A DNA stretch of 64,000 bases from a bacterium (lineage in GTDB: Bacteria > Myxococcota_A > UBA9160 > UBA4427), in contig JANSYR010000009.1 of assembly GCA_024742285.1 (NCBI GenBank), forward strand, positions 193,443-257,442. Reading direction: 5' to 3'. The notes below the pieces were generated by a model. That model did no database searches, was not told the DNA's origin, and saw only the letters and a list, made by a program, of their open reading frames with translations. Each line of letters opens with the position of its first letter. The stretch's first letter is position 1. The translations under genes and the position numbers were made by a program. This document shows positions 27,937-37,469 of this stretch, piece after piece.

Positions 27937-28092
27937 GCGCGGCTTCGCCGCGTCGGCGCTGTGCGCCTCTCGCCGCGCCCCTTCTGGGGGCGCGGCTTGC
28001 GCTGAAGGCTCGGTTTCGCGCGGCTTCGCCGCGTCGGCGCTGTGCGCCTCTCGCTGTGCCCCTTCTGGGGGCGCGGCTTGCGCTGAAGGCTC
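27937..28092. repeat. 81-bp tandem duplication (about 1.9 copies, about 95% identical) in intergenic DNA
   Basis: The unit gcgcggcttcgccgcgtcggcgctgtgcgcctctcgccgcgccccttctgggggcgcggcttgcgctgaaggctcggtttc starts at 27937 and again at 28018. Each unit contains a GC hairpin (GCCGCGCCCC-TTCT-GGGGGCGCGGC in copy 1). Confidence 0.9.
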
Positions 28093-28208
28093 CGTGTCGA
28101 TCTGCTGACCGGCCGTTTCGTGCCTGAAACGGGGTAAGGATCCAGCCCGGGGTCCGGGGAACGCTGGATCTTCAAGGGTTCGCTATCGGTTGGTCGGCAG
28201 ATCAGCCG

Positions 28209-30011
28209 ATGAGTCGTCGAACCCGGAGGTCATTTCTCGGTATGGGCGCAATCCTGATTACGTTGAACGTGAGCGTGTTGGCCGCGCTCGCCTTGCTGGG
28301 CCTGCAGTGGCCGCCGGCCTTCTTCGCCTTTCTGATCGTCGGGCCGCTCTCGGTCCTCTCGCTCTGGGGCATCTCCTCCGGCGACGTGTCGGCGCGGACG
28401 ATCTTCGTGTCGACCGCCGCGATCTCGATCGGTGGCATCGCCAGCCTGGGCTACTTCTGGCCCTCCGCCTGGTACGGCTTCGCCCTGGTCGCACCGATCG
28501 TGACGCTGGGCGTGGTGGACATGGTCCAGACGAAGCGGGCGATCCGACGCAACTTCCCCGTGATCGGTCACGCTCGATACCTGTTCGAGGGCATCCGACC
28601 CGAGATCCAGCAGTACTTCGTCGAGAACGACCACGAGGGGAAACCCTTCAACCGCGAAGAACGCTCGATCATCTATCAGCGTTCGAAGGGCGCCCTCGAC
28701 ACGCTGCCCTTCGGTACGCAGCTCGACGTCTACGAGCCCGGCTACGAGTGGATCAACCACTCGATGGTGCCGGTCCACCCGAAGGAGATCGAACCGCGGG
28801 TCGTGATCGGGCAGGGCCGCTGCGACAAGCCCTACTCCGCCTCGATCTTCAACATCTCGGCCATGAGCTTCGGCTCGCTCTCCGCCAACGCGATCCAATC
28901 GCTGAACCGGGGCGCCCTCGAAGGCGGCTTCGCGCACAATACGGGCGAGGGCTCCATCAGCCCCCACCATCTCCAGGGCGGCGATCTGATCTGGCAGATC
29001 GGGACCGGCTATTTTGGTTGTAGGAACGAGGACGGAGGCTTCGACTCGGACAAATTCGTTGTGAACGCCCAGCGCGACGAAGTCAAGATGATCGAGATCA
29101 AGGTCTCCCAGGGCGCCAAGCCCGGCCACGGCGGCATCCTTCCGGCGGCGAAGATCACGCCGGAGGTCGCCGAGATCCGCGGCGTAGGCATGGACAAGGA
29201 CGTGATCTCCCCGCCCGGTCATTCGGCGTTCTCCACGCCGAAGGAGATGCTGGCCTTCGTGACCCGTTTGCGGGAGCTCTCCGGCGGCAAGCCCGTCGGG
29301 TTCAAGATCTGTGTGGGGAAGCGGCGGGAGTTCCTGGCCGTCTGTCGCGCGATGCTCGAGACCGGGATGGTGCCCGATTTCATCACCGTCGACGGCGGTG
29401 AAGGCGGTACGGGCGCCGCGCCCTTCGAGTTCTCGAACCGCCTCGGCTGTCCCCTGGTCGAAGGACTCACCTTCGTGCACAACGCGCTCGTCGGGATCGG
29501 GCTGCGGGACCAGGTGAAGATCATCGCCACCGGCAAGGTCGCCAGCGGCTTCGGGATCGTCCGGCTCCTCGCTCTCGGCGCCGACCTCTGTTATTCGGCA
29601 CGCGCCATGATGATGTCGATGGGCTGCATCCAGGCGCGCAAGTGCAACAGCAACGAGTGCCCGGTCGGAATCGCGACGACGAAGAAGTCCCTGACCAAGG
29701 GGCTCGTCGTCAAGGAGAAGTACAAGCGCGTCGCGCGTTACCACGAGGAGACGATCGAAGCCGCGGTCCATCTGATGGGTGCGGCGGGGATCTCCGATCC
29801 CGACGAGCTTCGCCCCTGGCACATCATGCGGCGCATCTCGGAGACCGAGTCCCACCACTACGGCGAGATCATGGAGTTCCTGGAGCCGGGCGCACTCCTC
29901 CAGGACGACCTTCCGGCCAGCTTCGCGCGGGCCTGGGAGGCGAGCTCAGCGGAGACCTTTGCCCACGTCGAGGACCACGCGGCGGCGGGCAACGGCGCGT
30001 CTGCCCACTAG
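28209..30011 (+). CDS. FMN-binding glutamate synthase family protein (GltB-domain-2-like, N-terminal membrane anchor)
   Basis: N-terminal TM helices, then IFNISAMSFGSLSANAIQSLNRGALEGGFAHNTGEGSIS, KVSQGAKPGHGGILP and ITVDGGEGGTGAAP. Confidence 0.85.
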   Translation: MSRRTRRSFLGMGAILITLNVSVLAALALLGLQWPPAFFAFLIVGPLSVLSLWGISSGDVSARTIFVSTAAISIGGIASLGYFWPSAWYGFALVAPIVTLGVVDMVQTKRAIRRNFPVIGHARYLFEGIRPEIQQYFVENDHEGKPFNREERSIIYQRSKGALDTLPFGTQLDVYEPGYEWINHSMVPVHPKEIEPRVVIGQGRCDKPYSASIFNISAMSFGSLSANAIQSLNRGALEGGFAHNTGEGSISPHHLQGGDLIWQIGTGYFGCRNEDGGFDSDKFVVNAQRDEVKMIEIKVSQGAKPGHGGILPAAKITPEVAEIRGVGMDKDVISPPGHSAFSTPKEMLAFVTRLRELSGGKPVGFKICVGKRREFLAVCRAMLETGMVPDFITVDGGEGGTGAAPFEFSNRLGCPLVEGLTFVHNALVGIGLRDQVKIIATGKVASGFGIVRLLALGADLCYSARAMMMSMGCIQARKCNSNECPVGIATTKKSLTKGLVVKEKYKRVARYHEETIEAAVHLMGAAGISDPDELRPWHIMRRISETESHHYGEIMEFLEPGALLQDDLPASFARAWEASSAETFAHVEDHAAAGNGASAH

Positions 30012-30037
30012 GCCAGGCCTCGACGTCGGAGACCGGA

Positions 30038-30084
30038 AACGAAGACGCCGGCGAGTCGCTTTAGCGACCGCCGGCGTCTTCGTT
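30038..30084. terminator. Long perfect hairpin between convergent genes (bidirectional terminator candidate)
   Basis: AACGAAGACGCCGGCGAGTCGC-TTTA-GCGACCGCCGGCGTCTTCGTT, about a 21-bp stem, between the stops at 30011 (+) and 30100 (-). Confidence 0.6.
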
Positions 30085-30099
30085 CTCCGGGAGTGCCCG

Positions 30100-30600
30100 C
30101 TAGAGCAGCGGGTCGAGCAGCAGCTCCGTCCGGTCGTGCTCGATCACGCCCCAGTCGCCCATCTCGTCGGCGCCCAGCTCGCGCTCGACGACGCGCAGCT
30201 TGCCGTCGTTGAACTCGAAGCGGGTCCACATCCCGCCGTGGTCGGACTCGAACTCGAGGTAGCTGCCCGGCTCGACGTAGGGCGCGAGCGGGTCGAAGAA
30301 GCGGGCGATCGCGCGAGCGGGCAGCTCGTCCATCATGCCCTCGCGGCCGCAGCCGGAGACGCCGCCTTCCGGCATCTCCTGGACGACGAGGTGCTCGCCG
30401 AGGCCGGTCAGGGCACGGACCATGCCGGCGAAGGTCGTGGCCGCGGAGAAGTCGCGGTAGGCCGCGGGGCGTTCGTTGATGCCCCGCGAGAGGAAGGCCT
30501 GCTCGTTGGGGAAGGCGGCCTTGACGGCCGCGATGCCGGCGCGCTCACCGGCGGCGCTCATGCGGAAATGCGCTTTCTCGATCCAGACGGCGGTACCCAT
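30100..30600 (-). CDS. Hypothetical protein
   Basis: 166-aa ORF with host-like codon bias. No motif recognised. Confidence 0.5.
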   Translation of the reverse strand: MGTAVWIEKAHFRMSAAGERAGIAAVKAAFPNEQAFLSRGINERPAAYRDFSAATTFAGMVRALTGLGEHLVVQEMPEGGVSGCGREGMMDELPARAIARFFDPLAPYVEPGSYLEFESDHGGMWTRFEFNDGKLRVVERELGADEMGDWGVIEHDRTELLLDPLL

Positions 30601-30905
30601 GGAGTGTCTCCGTGCGAGCTCCGGTGCGAGTCCGGAGGGGGCTTTGCGATCGACGGACGCTGCGGAATGCAGGGCTGGCTGGCCGACCGTTCCTCATCGC
30701 GTCGGAATTCCGACCTGTTGCCTTGAGCCCTCCACTCGTCTTCCGTGTCCGATCGCCCCGAGTGCTTCGGCCGACTACGCTTGCTGCGTGTGGGCGACGC
30801 GGAGCTGCGCATCGATTGCGCTTCGCTGCCGAACGCCTGCCTGTGTCGGCGACGAAGCTGGACGTCTTCGTACGACCGACCTTCCTTTCCAGGCGGAGGC
30901 GCACG

Positions 30906-32279
30906 ATGAGAGTGGAACTCGACGAAGAACGACGCAGGGCCCTGCCGGAGGCTTGGGAGCGCGCTTTCGCCTGGGCCGAGAAACGACTCGGAGGCCGGGT
31001 CGTCGCGTGGGAATCCCAGCCGCGATGGCGCCCCGCCTGCTTCTTCGAGCTCGAGAAGGACGGCGAGATCCTTCCCCTCTATTGGCGCGGCGCGCGCGGC
31101 GAGTTCCATACGAGCACGAAGCCCCTCGTCCGGGAAGGCGCCGTCATCGACGTGTTCGAGCGCCACGGAGTTCCCGTGCCGCATTCCTACGGCGTCTGCG
31201 AGGACCCGCCGGGCTTGCTGCTCGAGAAGATCCCGGGTCGCATCAGTCTCGACCGCGCCAACGACGAGGTCCATCGCGCGAAGGTCCTCGATGAATACCT
31301 CGGCGCCCTCGCGAAGATCCACGCGATTCCGATCGAGGAGTTCGAGGCGATCGGATATCGCCGGCCGGCGGACGGCGAGACGAGCTGCATGGGGGAGACG
31401 CTGGGCTTCGAGCGGAGCTATCGCGCGGGGAAGACGGCCCCGGATCCGATGATCGAGTTCCAGCTCGCCTGGTGCAAACGAAACGTGCCGAGGGATCGCG
31501 ACGCGCTGTCGTTCCTCGTTTGCGACTCGGGTCAGTTCATGTTCGACGACGCGGGGCTCACGGGGCTGCTCGACTTCGAGCTGGGCTACATCGGCGACTA
31601 CGCCGCGGACCTCGCCGGCTTCCGGACCCGCGACCTGACGGAGCCCTTCGTGACGCCGCTCGGCGACGTGATGCGCCGCTACGGCGAGCTCAGCGGACGC
31701 GAAGTCGACCTGCGCGTCGTCGACTTCCACACGGTCCGCTTCGCCCTCCTCAATCCGTTGTCGGTCGCCCACCAGGTCACGAATCCGGTTCCGAGCGCCA
31801 ACTACGTCCAGTATCTCGGGTGGTACGTCTGCTACGGGCGCTGCGGGCTCGAAGTGATGGCGGACATGACCGGGACCGAGCTCGACCCGCCGTCCCTCCC
31901 CGACGAGCGGCCGTCACGGAGGAGCGCCGCGATCGGGCAGCTGATCGACCTCCTCGATCCGGAGGCGGCCGGCGACGACGGGGAGGCCGCCTACGAGCGG
32001 GACCGGATGCAACGCAGTGCGGTCTATCTCGACCGCTCGGATCGCTACGGCGCGGCCCTCGAGTCCGACGACCTCGACGACGCGGCCGAGCTGCTCGGCC
32101 GTCGACCGTCGACCTGGCAGGAGGCGGACGCCGACCTCGAGGCGCTCGTCCTCGAGTCCGGGCCCGAGCGGGACGCCGAGTTCATGCGGTTCTTCCATCG
32201 CCGGCTCGCGCGGGAGGAGTCACTTCTGCACCCGGTGCTCCGGGAGCAGCAGGACGCGAAGTTGCCGCCGCTTCGGTAG
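30906..32279 (+). CDS. Phosphotransferase (APH/choline-kinase-like) family protein with a C-terminal extension
   Basis: Kinase-like core: LLEKIPG, LAKIHAIP, a catalytic-loop-like FLVCDSGQFMFDD and LLDFELGYIGD. ATG at 30906 with GGAGG upstream. Confidence 0.6.
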   Translation: MRVELDEERRRALPEAWERAFAWAEKRLGGRVVAWESQPRWRPACFFELEKDGEILPLYWRGARGEFHTSTKPLVREGAVIDVFERHGVPVPHSYGVCEDPPGLLLEKIPGRISLDRANDEVHRAKVLDEYLGALAKIHAIPIEEFEAIGYRRPADGETSCMGETLGFERSYRAGKTAPDPMIEFQLAWCKRNVPRDRDALSFLVCDSGQFMFDDAGLTGLLDFELGYIGDYAADLAGFRTRDLTEPFVTPLGDVMRRYGELSGREVDLRVVDFHTVRFALLNPLSVAHQVTNPVPSANYVQYLGWYVCYGRCGLEVMADMTGTELDPPSLPDERPSRRSAAIGQLIDLLDPEAAGDDGEAAYERDRMQRSAVYLDRSDRYGAALESDDLDDAAELLGRRPSTWQEADADLEALVLESGPERDAEFMRFFHRRLAREESLLHPVLREQQDAKLPPLR

Positions 32280-32296
32280 CGATCTCTTCCGAGCCG

Positions 32297-33085
32297 CTAG
32301 AGCCCTGCCATCCCGAGGTCGAGGTTCGCGCTCGTGATGCCGCCGTGGATCGACAGGACGGAGCCGGTCACGAAGGCGCTCGCCGGGGACGCCAGGTAGA
32401 GCGCGCCGAGCGCCATGTCCTCGGGCTCGCCGAGTCGCTTGAGGGGCGTCGCTTCGACCATCGCGTTGTGGACCGCGTCGTTGGTCAGCACGGTCTCGAG
32501 CGCCGAGGTCGCCGTCGAGCCTACGGCGATCGCGTTCACCCGGATCTTCGGCGCGAGATCCTCGGCGAGGAGCTTCGTGAAGTGGGTCATCGCGCCCTTC
32601 GCCGTGCCGTAGGCGGTGAAGCCCTTGCCGGTCATCTGGCCGATCGACGACGAGATGTTCACGATCGATCCGCCGCGCTCCTGCATGTGCGGGACCGCCG
32701 CCTTCGTCAGCGCGAACGCGGTCGTCACGTTGAAGTGGAACGCGCCTTCGAAATCCTTCTCCGAAGTCGACATGAAGTCCTTCGGCATCGAACCGCCCAC
32801 GTTGTTGATCACGATGTCGATCCGACCGAACTCGTCCACCGCTCTCAGGGCGAAGGCTTCGAGGTTCTCGGTCTTCGCGGCGTTGGTCGGGACGACCAGC
32901 GCCTTCCGGCCGAGCTTGCGGACTTCCTCGGCGACCGCTTCGAGCTGGTCTTCGCTCCGGGCGGCGAGGGCCACGTCGGCGCCGTTCTCGGCGAGGGCGA
33001 GGGCGGTGGCGCGGCCGATGCCGCGACCGGCGCCGGTCACGAGGGCAACTTTGTCGTCGATTCGAAAGCGGTCGAGGATGGACAT
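32297..33085 (-). CDS. SDR family oxidoreductase (FabG-like)
   Basis: VALVTGAGRGIGRATA, NNVGG, and YGTAKGAM (catalytic YxxxK). Confidence 0.85.
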   Translation of the reverse strand: MSILDRFRIDDKVALVTGAGRGIGRATALALAENGADVALAARSEDQLEAVAEEVRKLGRKALVVPTNAAKTENLEAFALRAVDEFGRIDIVINNVGGSMPKDFMSTSEKDFEGAFHFNVTTAFALTKAAVPHMQERGGSIVNISSSIGQMTGKGFTAYGTAKGAMTHFTKLLAEDLAPKIRVNAIAVGSTATSALETVLTNDAVHNAMVEATPLKRLGEPEDMALGALYLASPASAFVTGSVLSIHGGITSANLDLGMAGL

Positions 33086-33206
33086 GCGGCCAGTCTAGCC
33101 CCTCGAACGGGGTGCGCCGGGCCCGATCGCCGGGCCCGCGATCCGGGTTCCCTGGCTAGACTGGTCGACCCCGCGCAGGCGAGCGCCGGAGACGAAGGAG
33201 AGAACG

Positions 33207-34064
33207 ATGCAGGATTTCCAGGGCAAGGTCGCGGTCGTGACCGGCGCGGCGAGCGGGATCGGGCTCGGTGTGACCGAGCGCTTCGTCGAAGAGGGGATGA
33301 AGGTCGTGATGGCCGATGTCGAGAAGGGAAGCCTCGATCGCGAGGTCGCCCGTCTCTCAGAGGCCGGTGGCGACGTCCTCGGCGTGATCTGCGACGTGCG
33401 CGATCCGCAGTCGGTGCAGGATCTGGCGGACCGGACCCTCGAACACTACGGCGCGGTCCACGTGGTCTTCAACAACGCGGGGGTCGCGCCGGGTGGACCG
33501 ATGCTCGAGACGACACCCGAGGACTGGAAGTGGATCGTCGACGTGAACGTCCTCGGCGTGGCCTACGGCGTGACGACCTTCGGTCCGATCATGAAGGAAG
33601 CCGGCGAGGGGCACATCATCAACACGGCGAGCGAAGCGGGTCACGTCTCGAGCGCCGTGCTCGGCATGTACACGGCGACCAAGCACGCGGTCGTCGGACT
33701 CTCGGAGTCCCTCTATCGCGAGCTCGAGGGGACCGGCGTCTCCGTCCACTGTCTCTGTCCGAATCTCGTGAACACCGGGATCTTCCACTCCGAGCGCAAC
33801 CGGGACGACGGCGCCGAGATGACCGCGGCACAGACGGCGACGATGGCGCCGCTCCGCGAAGCGATCACCGAGATGGGGATCACGCCGGCGCAGGTCGCGG
33901 GGGACATCGTCGAGGCGATGAAGCAGGACAAGTTCTGGATCTTCACCCACGACATCACGAAGCAGGGACTGAAGGTCCGCTACGAGGACATCGCGGCGGA
34001 CCGCAACCCGACCAACCCCTACGCGAGCGTCGAAGGTCTCGAGGAGATCACGAAGCTTTCCTGA
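33207..34064 (+). CDS. SDR family oxidoreductase
   Basis: VAVVTGAASGIGLG, NNAGV, and YTATKHAV (YxxxK). Confidence 0.85.
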   Translation: MQDFQGKVAVVTGAASGIGLGVTERFVEEGMKVVMADVEKGSLDREVARLSEAGGDVLGVICDVRDPQSVQDLADRTLEHYGAVHVVFNNAGVAPGGPMLETTPEDWKWIVDVNVLGVAYGVTTFGPIMKEAGEGHIINTASEAGHVSSAVLGMYTATKHAVVGLSESLYRELEGTGVSVHCLCPNLVNTGIFHSERNRDDGAEMTAAQTATMAPLREAITEMGITPAQVAGDIVEAMKQDKFWIFTHDITKQGLKVRYEDIAADRNPTNPYASVEGLEEITKLS

Positions 34065-34071
34065 GCCTCTC

Positions 34072-35445
34072 TCAGCCGTCGGGAGTCGGCCCCGGATCCG
34101 GCATCATCGGCCAGAGAGGCGGCGGAGTCGTCGTCACCGGCTCCGGTCGCTCCTCGACCACGCGGAAGACGGCCTCCGGATCGAGCTCGTTGGCCCGCAT
34201 CCAGGCCGCGTTCCGGTCGTCGGCCTCGACGATGGCGCGGGCGATCCGATCCTCGGCGGAACGCGGTCGCTCGACCCGGTCGCCGATCTTCCGGTCCCAC
34301 TCGAGGCGCGTCCCGTCCCCGGCGAGGGGCACCGCGCGCCAGCCCGCTCCGCGCTCGCCGTCGCCTCGCGTCCCGTCCGCGTACGTCGTCGGGCTCGGCG
34401 GTTCGAGCCGTCCCTGGGTGGCGGCATAGAAGAAGCGCTGAGCGAAGCCCCGAGTGACCGCGCCGGGCTCGAGCTCGAGCGTAGGGGTTTCGTCGAGGGT
34501 GAGGTCGAGCGTGATCCCGCCCGTGTCGATCCCCGTGAAGGCGAGGGCGCGCTCGATCGCGCGGCCCGGGTGGGGTCGGACGTCGATCACGTGGTCGACT
34601 TCCCCGTCATCGAGCACTTCGAGATGGAGGAAGCTCGCGTCGAGACCGAGCGATTCGGCGACGCGCTGGCCCAGCGCCTCGCTGACGGCCCAGCGCGGAT
34701 CCTCGTCCGCCCGTCGACCCCGACCGGGCGAGCCCCAGGCGGTTCCGGTCGGGAGCGTGCCGCGCAGGTTCCGAACGGAGAACGCGCGACCCAGGTGGAG
34801 GAGCCGGAAGCGACCCGCGTGGACGAAGCCGTCGACCGAATGTGCTTCGCCGGCAACGAAGGCTTCCGCGCGGACCAGGTCGGAGTCGGAGACGAGCCGG
34901 GCTTCGTCGAAGAGCTCGCGGTTGCGGGGATCGCCGATGCGCACACGGGCGACGCCGGCGGGCCCGCGGCTTCCGGTGGCGGGCTTGAGGAGCGCGGAGG
35001 GGTGGACGCCGAGGAAGCGGTCGAGCTCCTGCGGCGAATCGAGGATCGCGACGGTCGGTGTCGCGATGCCCGCGTCGACGAGACTCTTCTTCCAGGCGGA
35101 GCGCATCAGCAGGAGCTCGGTCTGCTGGATGCCCGGGCCGGAGAGCCCGTGTGCGTCGCGGATCCTGGCGACGGTCCGGAGCGCTTCGGCCGACTGCAGG
35201 CTCGTTCCGCAACCGACGATGCTCTCGCTCCGGGCGAGGGCGCGGAGGTCGGCTCGGATCGCCTCGCTCGCGCTTGCCGATCGCGTCATCAGCCGCGTCG
35301 CGAATCGGGCCGCCGGCGCGTCGGGGTCCCGGTCGTACACGAGTATGTCGAGACCGCGGGCGCGAACTGCCTCGAGGACGGAAATCGCGCTGGGATCGGC
35401 ACCGATCTGGATCCACCAGCCGGTCACAGGCTTCGAAGTCGCCAT
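34072..35445 (-). CDS. ATP-grasp domain protein with a ~120-aa C-terminal extension
   Basis: Pre-ATP-grasp Rossmann-like start (WWIQIGADPSAISVLEAVRARGLDILVYD), LLKPATGSRGPAGVARV and HLEVLDDG. Trimmed to the ATG at 35443-35445. The family call is by pattern only. Confidence 0.55.
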   Translation of the reverse strand: MATSKPVTGWWIQIGADPSAISVLEAVRARGLDILVYDRDPDAPAARFATRLMTRSASASEAIRADLRALARSESIVGCGTSLQSAEALRTVARIRDAHGLSGPGIQQTELLLMRSAWKKSLVDAGIATPTVAILDSPQELDRFLGVHPSALLKPATGSRGPAGVARVRIGDPRNRELFDEARLVSDSDLVRAEAFVAGEAHSVDGFVHAGRFRLLHLGRAFSVRNLRGTLPTGTAWGSPGRGRRADEDPRWAVSEALGQRVAESLGLDASFLHLEVLDDGEVDHVIDVRPHPGRAIERALAFTGIDTGGITLDLTLDETPTLELEPGAVTRGFAQRFFYAATQGRLEPPSPTTYADGTRGDGERGAGWRAVPLAGDGTRLEWDRKIGDRVERPRSAEDRIARAIVEADDRNAAWMRANELDPEAVFRVVEERPEPVTTTPPPLWPMMPDPGPTPDG

Positions 35446-35673
35446 CGCCGCTCTCACCGTCGCGTTCGGCCAGGGAGGGCAGACCCCGCGACCGGATCCT
35501 GCCGGATCCGAAGCCCATAGAATAGGTCGGGCTGCTGTCTCGACACCCGGGGCGGCACACCATTTCGACTGGACCGGATGCGCACGTCGCGGCTCCGGGG
35601 TTTCCCCGTCCGGCGACCGGGCGGAAGCCCGAGTGTTAAGCTCTCGGCACACACACCGTCGGAGGCATCGTCA

Positions 35674-36060
35674 TTGGACTTCCTGAACCCCTTCCGTCCC
35701 CAGCTCTACGCGATCCTCCGGATCGTCACCGGCTTCCTCTTCCTCTGGCACGGCAGCCAGAAGCTCTTCGGCTGGCCCGGGGGTGCGCCCGAAGGCGCGC
35801 CGGCCTTCATCATCTACGTGGCCGGCCCCATCGAGCTGCTCGGCGGACTGCTCCTGATCGCCGGTTTCCTCGTCCGGCCCGCGGCTTTCCTGTGCAGTGG
35901 ATTGATGGCCTTCGCCTACTGGCTGGGCCACGGGACGAATGCCGTCCTTCCGCTCATGAACGGCGGTGAGCTCTCCATGCTCTACTGCTTCCTCTTCCTG
36001 TTCATCGCCGCCGAAGGCGCCGGCATCTGGTCCGTCGACGGCACCCGGAACGCGGCGTGA
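35674..36060 (+). CDS. DoxX family membrane protein
   Basis: LYAILRIVTGFLFLWHGSQKLFGWPGG...GPIELLGGLLLIAGFLVRPAAFL. TTG at 35674 with GGAGG 8 nt upstream. Confidence 0.7.
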   Translation: MDFLNPFRPQLYAILRIVTGFLFLWHGSQKLFGWPGGAPEGAPAFIIYVAGPIELLGGLLLIAGFLVRPAAFLCSGLMAFAYWLGHGTNAVLPLMNGGELSMLYCFLFLFIAAEGAGIWSVDGTRNAA

Positions 36061-36431
36061 CGAAGCTCGAGGTCGTGGGCGGCACGCCGACCGGCCGAGA
36101 AGCCCGGCTGCAGCGCGCGATCGCGGGCCTCGCCGCGGAGCCTCCGAGTGCCGAGGAGGCGAAGCGCCGTCCGGCTCGCCCCGGCTTCACGGAGAACCTC
36201 GTCTTCGAGTTCGACGAGGCCTACACCGCCTTCGTCGAAGGCTTCGAGACCCTGCCGAGCGAGGAGCAGCTCCTCGCGCTCCAGGCCGTCGACACCCACG
36301 TCTCGGCGATGGTTGGTGCGAAGGACGCCTCGCTCTGGACGGAGCGCGCGCGGCGCGAGGACGCGCCGTGGGTCGAGGTTCGCGTTCTCGCTGCGCACGT
36401 CATGCACGTCTTCGCCTGGACCAGCCACTGA
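36057..36431 (+). CDS. Hypothetical protein, translationally coupled to doxX
   Basis: GTG overlaps the DoxX stop (GTGA). 124 aa, no motif recognised. Confidence 0.5.
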   Translation: MTKLEVVGGTPTGREARLQRAIAGLAAEPPSAEEAKRRPARPGFTENLVFEFDEAYTAFVEGFETLPSEEQLLALQAVDTHVSAMVGAKDASLWTERARREDAPWVEVRVLAAHVMHVFAWTSH

Positions 36432-36659
36432 TCCGAGGGGACGCCTCGCGGCCCGAACCCCTGCCGCCCGGGCGATGTCCTAGAGTCTGGAAAGCCGCTC
36501 GGCGGCAAAGGAGCGACCCGTGCCCACCGGACTCGAGAGCGTCGAGATCATCGGCTGCCTGGCCCCGCAGGCCGGGAGCTGGCTGCACGCGCTCGCGCTG
36601 GTGGGCTTCGTCTTCGCGACCCGGGCGGTGTGCAGCGAACGGGCGCGGGTCCGCAGCCG

Positions 36660-37469
36660 CTAGTCCTTCGCGTCGAGCGCCGCCTCGACCGTGAGCGCAT
36701 CGCGCAGCGCGCCCACGTCGTGGGTCCGGAGATAGTCCGCACCGGCGCGCGCCGCATGGAGCTCCGCGGCGAGGGTCGCCGCGCCGACCGAGTCGACGTC
36801 GCGTCCCGTGATCGCGCGCAGGAACGACTTGCGCGAGACCGAGATGAAGACGGGCCTTCCGAAGCGCGCGCGCAGCCGCGGGATCGCCTGGAGGACGGCG
36901 ACCGACGAGCGCGGGTCGCTCCCCAGGAAGAAGCCCATCCCGGGATCGACGATCAGTCGCGCCTCGTCGACGCCCGCGCGGACCAGCTCCTCCAGACGCC
37001 GATCGAAGAAGCGATCGATCGAATCGAGGACCTGCTCCGGGGTCGCGGCTTTCCGCGTCGCGCGCTCTTCCCCCAGCAGGGAATGGACGACGACGACGAG
37101 GGCGGCGCTCGCCCCCACCCGCTCCCGGGTCGCCTCGTCCGGGAAGCCGCGCACGTCGTTGACCATTCCGACGCCTCGGTCGAGGGCCCAGTCGAGCACC
37201 TCCGGCCGAGTCGCATCGACCGAGAGCGGGAGCGGACCGGACGCCAGCGCGGCGACGACGGGCTCGAGTCGGCGGATCTGTTCCAGGGGAGGCACGAGGC
37301 CCGCGTCCGGGTTGCTGGAGGCCGGTCCGAGCTCGATCCAGTCGGCGCCGTCGTCGGCGAGGGCGCGCGCGTGGGCGATCGCAGCGTCCGCCTCGAGGTA
37401 ACGGCCGCCGTCCGAGAAGGAGTCCTCGGTGATGTTCACGATCGCTACGAGAGAAGGACGGTTCGACAC
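36660..37469 (-). CDS. folP: Dihydropteroate synthase, Sul-like clade
   Basis: VAIVNITEDSFSDGGRYL, IELGPASSNPDA, VDPGMGFFLGSDP, ISVSRKSFL and GADYLRTHDV. Aligns end to end (roughly 45% identity by eye) with my recollection of Sul1. Confidence 0.85.
   Translation of the reverse strand: MSNRPSLVAIVNITEDSFSDGGRYLEADAAIAHARALADDGADWIELGPASSNPDAGLVPPLEQIRRLEPVVAALASGPLPLSVDATRPEVLDWALDRGVGMVNDVRGFPDEATRERVGASAALVVVVHSLLGEERATRKAATPEQVLDSIDRFFDRRLEELVRAGVDEARLIVDPGMGFFLGSDPRSSVAVLQAIPRLRARFGRPVFISVSRKSFLRAITGRDVDSVGAATLAAELHAARAGADYLRTHDVGALRDALTVEAALDAKD

Noticed and set aside
27937-28092. Possible CRISPR array (also considered for 20732-20786)
   Set aside because: There are only two adjacent copies with no unique spacers between repeats, the unit length (81 nt) is wrong for a CRISPR repeat, and there are no cas genes in the window.
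31472-34429. 985-aa plus-strand ORF spanning the phosphotransferase, two SDR genes and part of the ATP-grasp gene
   Set aside because: It runs out of frame or antisense through four well-supported genes. The composition is Arg/Gly/Asp low complexity, so it is a high-GC artefact.
36520-36663. 47-codon plus-strand ORF (GTG with AAGGAG 6 nt upstream; VPTGLESVEIIGCLAPQAGSWLHALALVGFVFATRAV...) between the DoxX-linked gene and the folP 3' end
   Set aside because: The SD and a hydrophobic helix make it tempting as a small membrane protein. However, it is short, overlaps the folP stop, and has no support I can verify, so I did not list it as a feature.
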